NCBI GenBank assembly: GCA_030390025.1
Contig: CM059433.1
Location: 7,752,001 to 7,816,000, forward strand
Source: Squalus acanthias
Lineage: Eukaryota
Direction: 5' to 3'
DNA length: 64,000 bases
In this document: one piece after another, positions 59,880-64,000 of the stretch
Layout of the letters: the number at the start of each line of letters is the position of its first letter
Numbering within the stretch: the first letter of the stretch is position 1
Notes under the pieces: generated by a model
Told to the model about the DNA's origin: nothing
Database searches by the model: none
What the model saw: the letters and a program-made list of their open reading frames with translations, nothing else
Position numbers and translations under genes: made by a program

Positions 59880-61600
59880 TTCAAGGTAAAACATTCTTGT
59901 TCTTTTTGGAAGAGCTGAAGTTTCTGGAGGGAGAAGATGGGAGGTTGATTGTGAGAGGATTGCAATACTTGAGTCTGGAGCTGACAAAGGCATGGACGGA
60001 GGTTTCAGCAGCTGAGGTAAGGACAGAGGTGGGTGATGTTACGGAGGTGGAAGTAGGAATTCTTTGTGATGGAGAGGATTAAGGGATTGGAAGCTCCGCT
60101 CGGGTTAAATAGGATGCCAAGGTTGTGAACAGTCTGGGTCGGCCTGAAGCAGTGGCCAGAGAGGAGAATGGAATCGATTAGTGAGAATTTGTGACGGGGG
60201 CCGAAGATGCTGGCTTCGCTCTTCCCGGTGTTCAGCTGGAGGAAGTTATGGCTCATCCAAGACTGAATGTTGGACAAGCAGTCTGACAGCAGAGAGGCAA
60301 TGGAGGGATCAAGAGAGCTGGTGGAAAATTTAGAGCAGGGTGTCATCGACGTACATGTGGAAGCTGACTCCATGTTTGTGGATAATGTCACCAAGCAGAT
60401 GAGGAAGGGGAACAAGGCTCCAGAGGTGCCAGTGGGGGAGAGGGAAGAGCAGCTATTGCTCGAGATCTCTGGCTACGATTGGATAGGTAAGAGTAAAACC
60501 AATTAAGGGCAGTGCTACCGAGCTGGACAATGGTAAACATAGAAACATAGGAGCAGGAGTCGGCCATTCAGCCCTTCGAGCCTGCTCCGCCATTCAATAT
60601 GATCATGACTGATCCTCTATCTCAATACCATATTCCCGCTCTCTCCCCATACCCCTTGACTCCTTTTGTGTCTAGCAATCTATCTATCTCCTTCTTAAAT
60701 ATATTCAGTGACTTGGCTTCCACAGCCTTCTGTGGTAGAGAATTCCACAGGTTCACCACCCTCTGAGTGAAGAAATTTCTCCTCATCTCAGTCCTAAATG
60801 TCCTACCCCATATCCTGAGACTGTGACCCCTCGTTCTAGACCCCCCCCCCAGCCAGGGGAAACATCCTCCCTGCATCCAGTCTGTCTAGCCCTGTCAGAA
60901 TTTTATACGTTTCCATGAGATCCCCTCTCATCCTTCTAAACTCTAGTGAATACAGGCCTAGTCGACCCAATCTCTCCTCATACGACAGTCCTGCCATCCC
61001 ATGAATCAGTCTGGTGAACCTTCGCTGCACTCCCTCTATGGCAAGTATATCCTTTCTTAGGTAAGGAGACCAAAACTGCACACAGTACTCCAGGTGTAGT
61101 CTCACCAAGGCCCTGTATAACTGTAGTAAGACATCCTTGCTCCTGTACTCAAATCCTCTTGCAATGAAGGCCAACATACCATTTGCCTTCCTAACTGCTT
61201 GCTGCACCTGCATGTTTGCTTTCAGTGACTGGTGTACAAGGACACCCAGGTCCCTCTGTACATCAACATTTCCCAATCTATCACCATTTAAATAATACTC
61301 TGCCTTTCTGTTTTTCCTACCGAAGTGGATAACTTCACATTTATCCACGTTATACTGCATCTGCCATGTATTTGCCCACTCACTCAACTTGTCTAAATCG
61401 CCTTGAAGCCTCTTTGCATCCTCCTCACAGCTCAAAGGCAGCGGATCATGTCTTCTTGTTACCATGCGGTCACTGTGTTGAAGGCAGCAGAGAGGTCGAG
61501 GAGGATGAAGAGGGATAATGCACCATGATCAAAGGGACGGACAATGTTGTTTGTGACTTTGGTTTAGGGCAGTTTCAGTACGTAAGAAGGAGAAACAGCA
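59880..61600 (-). mobile_element. Old L2 LINE RT fragment split by CR1 60535-61432
   Basis: LSDCLSNIQSWMSHNFLQLNTGKSE...HNLGILF. Confidence 0.75.
60535..61432 (-). mobile_element. CR1 3' fragment
   Basis: ORF 60836-61465; tail (TTCTATGT)n. Confidence 0.93.
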
Positions 61601-61654
61601 AGCTAACTTCGGAGAAAGGGAGAAAGAAAATTGGGAGCAAAAATGACAGAAATG

Positions 61655-61770
61655 ATAAAGAATAGAAAGACTTGCATCTATATAGCTCCTTTCACGACCA
61701 CCGGACGCCTCAAAGCGCCTCACAGCCAAAGAAGTACTTTTGGAGTGTAGTCACTGTTGTAATGTGGGAT
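61655..61770 (-). mobile_element. SacSINE1-like 3' tail fragment
   Basis: GAAAGACTTGCATCTATATAGC...CACTGTTGTAATGTGGGA. Confidence 0.8.
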
Positions 61771-61805
61771 ATTATGTGCTAGTTGTGCAACCCCTGGGCA
61801 ATAAG

Positions 61806-62430
61806 AGCATAAGAACATAAGACGTAGGAGCAGGAGTCGGTCATTTGGCCCCTCGAGCCTGCTCCGCCATTCAATAAGATCATGGCTGAGAAGAAATTCC
61901 TCCTCATTTCCGATTTAAAAGGGTGCCCCCTTATTCTGAAATTATACCCCCTAGTTCTAGATTCCCTCACGAGGGGAACCATCCTCTCTGCATCTACCCT
62001 GTCAAGCCCCTTCAGAATCTTATATGTTTCAATAAGATCCCCTCTCATTCTTCTAAACTCCAATGAGTATCGGCCCAACCTGCGCAACCTTTCTTCATAA
62101 GATAACCCCTTCATCTCCGGAATCAACCTCGTGAACCTTCTCTGAACTGCCTCCAATGCAAGTATATCCTTCCTTAAATAGGAGACCAAAACTGTACGCA
62201 CTACTCCAGGTGTGGTCTCACCAACAGTTGTAAGTACAGTTGTAACAGGACTTCCCTACTTTTATACTCCATTCCCTTTGCAATAAAGGCCAACACTCCA
62301 TTTGCCTTCCTAATTACTTGCTGTACCTGCATGCTAACTTTTTGTGATTCATGTACAGTACAAGGACCCCCAGATCCCTCTGTACCTCAGCATTTTGTAA
62401 TCTCTCCCCATTTAAATAATAATTTGCTAA
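61806..62430 (-). mobile_element. CR1 3' fragment with internal deletion
   Basis: ORF 61779-62201; jump from RNFFS to the 3' UTR near 61885. Confidence 0.9.
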
Positions 62431-64000
62431 TGTACAGCTAGGAAAAGTCAAAGCTGTGTAGACCAGGACTGCAGGTGACCTTTCAACTCATTACATTAAG
62501 GATTAGGTTTGGCTTTAGCACTGTGCCCTGTGTGGAATCTGTGCTGCAGCAGATGGTGCTCTTCGACGTAAAGACAAAAGCTGCGTTTTTCAAGCACACT
62601 GGAGTCAAGGTTAGTGCTGAGTTACATTTTAAGTGAGTTGCTAATTTAATGTCTAACGCACAGTTTTAGGGGGAAGTTTATTCATGTGCTAAGGCAGAGG
62701 AAGACAATGGAAGTAAAATGAAAAAAAGCACGGGGACAGACAAGAGTGCGTCCTCAACACCGTCAATCCTTTTACTTCACAAACACTAAAATGGAGAAGG
62801 TGGATTGCAGAGGTCCTTTGTATTCCGCGACTGATTTTTACAAGAGTCACATCAACGTGTCTAAACCATGCGACTCATGTACAGTATATTGATGAAGTTG
62901 CGCAGAAAATATTATTAATGCACATCTGCACAAAAGTGCAAGTTTAATTTCCTCATTTCAAAATGATAATTAAGAAAGTGGCATCATTTATCACAGAAAT
63001 AATAACATGTCAAGCAGAAATACAAGGGATGGATTACTCTCTTCTATCACAGAATAAATGATTCCTTACTGAATTTCCCACTATAGCTTACAGCAACAAA
63101 TTTACCCATCTCTCAGAATCATCTATGCCTAAGCCATTTAGCTCCGTTGAACCATTTTAGCGCCATGGGTAACAGTGACATCAAACTGTGCTTTTGTTCC
63201 TTGAATCCCACCCACTCACTCCACGGCAGAGGTAAAGGATACAGTTGTGCACACAGCGCGGTGCTAAAATAGCAATGTATATCTGCTTCTATACATGGTA
63301 TATACGAACCAATCAAATCATCATATTCACACGGGACAAATCAAAGCCATATGACCTGATTATGCACCTGCTGTTTAATTATATTTACAAGCCAAGCACA
63401 TTTTACACTCTTGGTAGTATACACATCAGTTTTTATTACCACGGCCCTATAATTTATGAGGCAGCTGATTGTTTAGTCACTGTATCTCAGGCTGTCAAAT
63501 TACTTCACTTTGAGTCAAATTCAAAAAAAAAATGGATTGGTGATGAGGTTCCTACTGGAACCTGTTTTTGACCCAAGTCCCATTCAATCTTGGACTGTAA
63601 TCTGAGCTCTTAATGGAGTTTGTGCTCATTTCTAATGTATCCTTACAAGAACAATTGAGCAATCACAAGTGACATTGTGGCATTTTGATGTTGGACATTC
63701 TGTTCTATTAATCCTTTCCCTGCTGAATAAAGGGGAACTCCATAAATTTATTATCATAAATAATGTGGCATGTTTGGAATTAAAGGTGCATTTTCAGTAT
63801 GAATCAGAAAGTCCTGTATTTAATCAACATTGAGTCTGGCAGGTCAGGACAGGATGGTCCATTTTATAATATTGTGCTGCCAACGAACAAACCCAAATAC
63901 AAATCCCACTCCCAACTACGTTCAGATCCTAGTGTCAATTTAGAGATTTGAGTTCAGAACTCAATCTCGATCGTGGAAATCCAAATTCATATCATTAGGC

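Noticed and set aside
1..64000. CRISPR arrays, operons, phage or other prokaryotic systems
   Set aside because: The sequence is vertebrate repeat-rich DNA with no repeat-spacer array and no long intact ORFs.

Overview
Eukaryotic, repeat-dominated vertebrate DNA. It is most likely from a shark or other cartilaginous fish, inferred from many SacSINE1/Deu-domain SINEs and HER1-like CR1 LINEs. No intact host gene is recognisable, and there are no prokaryotic features. Most of the window is nested transposon debris: three decayed two-gene PIF/Harbinger transposons (HARBI1-like DDE transposase convergent with a spliced Myb/SANT gene), many Harbinger-type MITEs with 3-bp TSDs, many CR1 fragments, L2 and RTE LINEs, a ~3.1-kb single-ORF CR1-group LINE, a solo LTR, a Gypsy RT relic and Penelope-like (PLE) inserts. 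Highlights: (1) a PLE insert at 17.6-17.8 kb forming an 86-bp-arm palindrome with an intact minimal hammerhead ribozyme core and a 15-bp TSD, plus a second hammerhead family at 15.36 kb; (2) a tRNA-headed SINE sharing both the ORF-start segment and the 3' tail with the single-ORF LINE; (3) a twin-primed RTE insertion; (4) a decayed protein-like terminal exon split by a MITE; (5) paired inward-facing TTAAAGGG motifs and perfect splice donors retained in MITEs. Coordinates were read by eye; element ends without a stated TSD are approximate.
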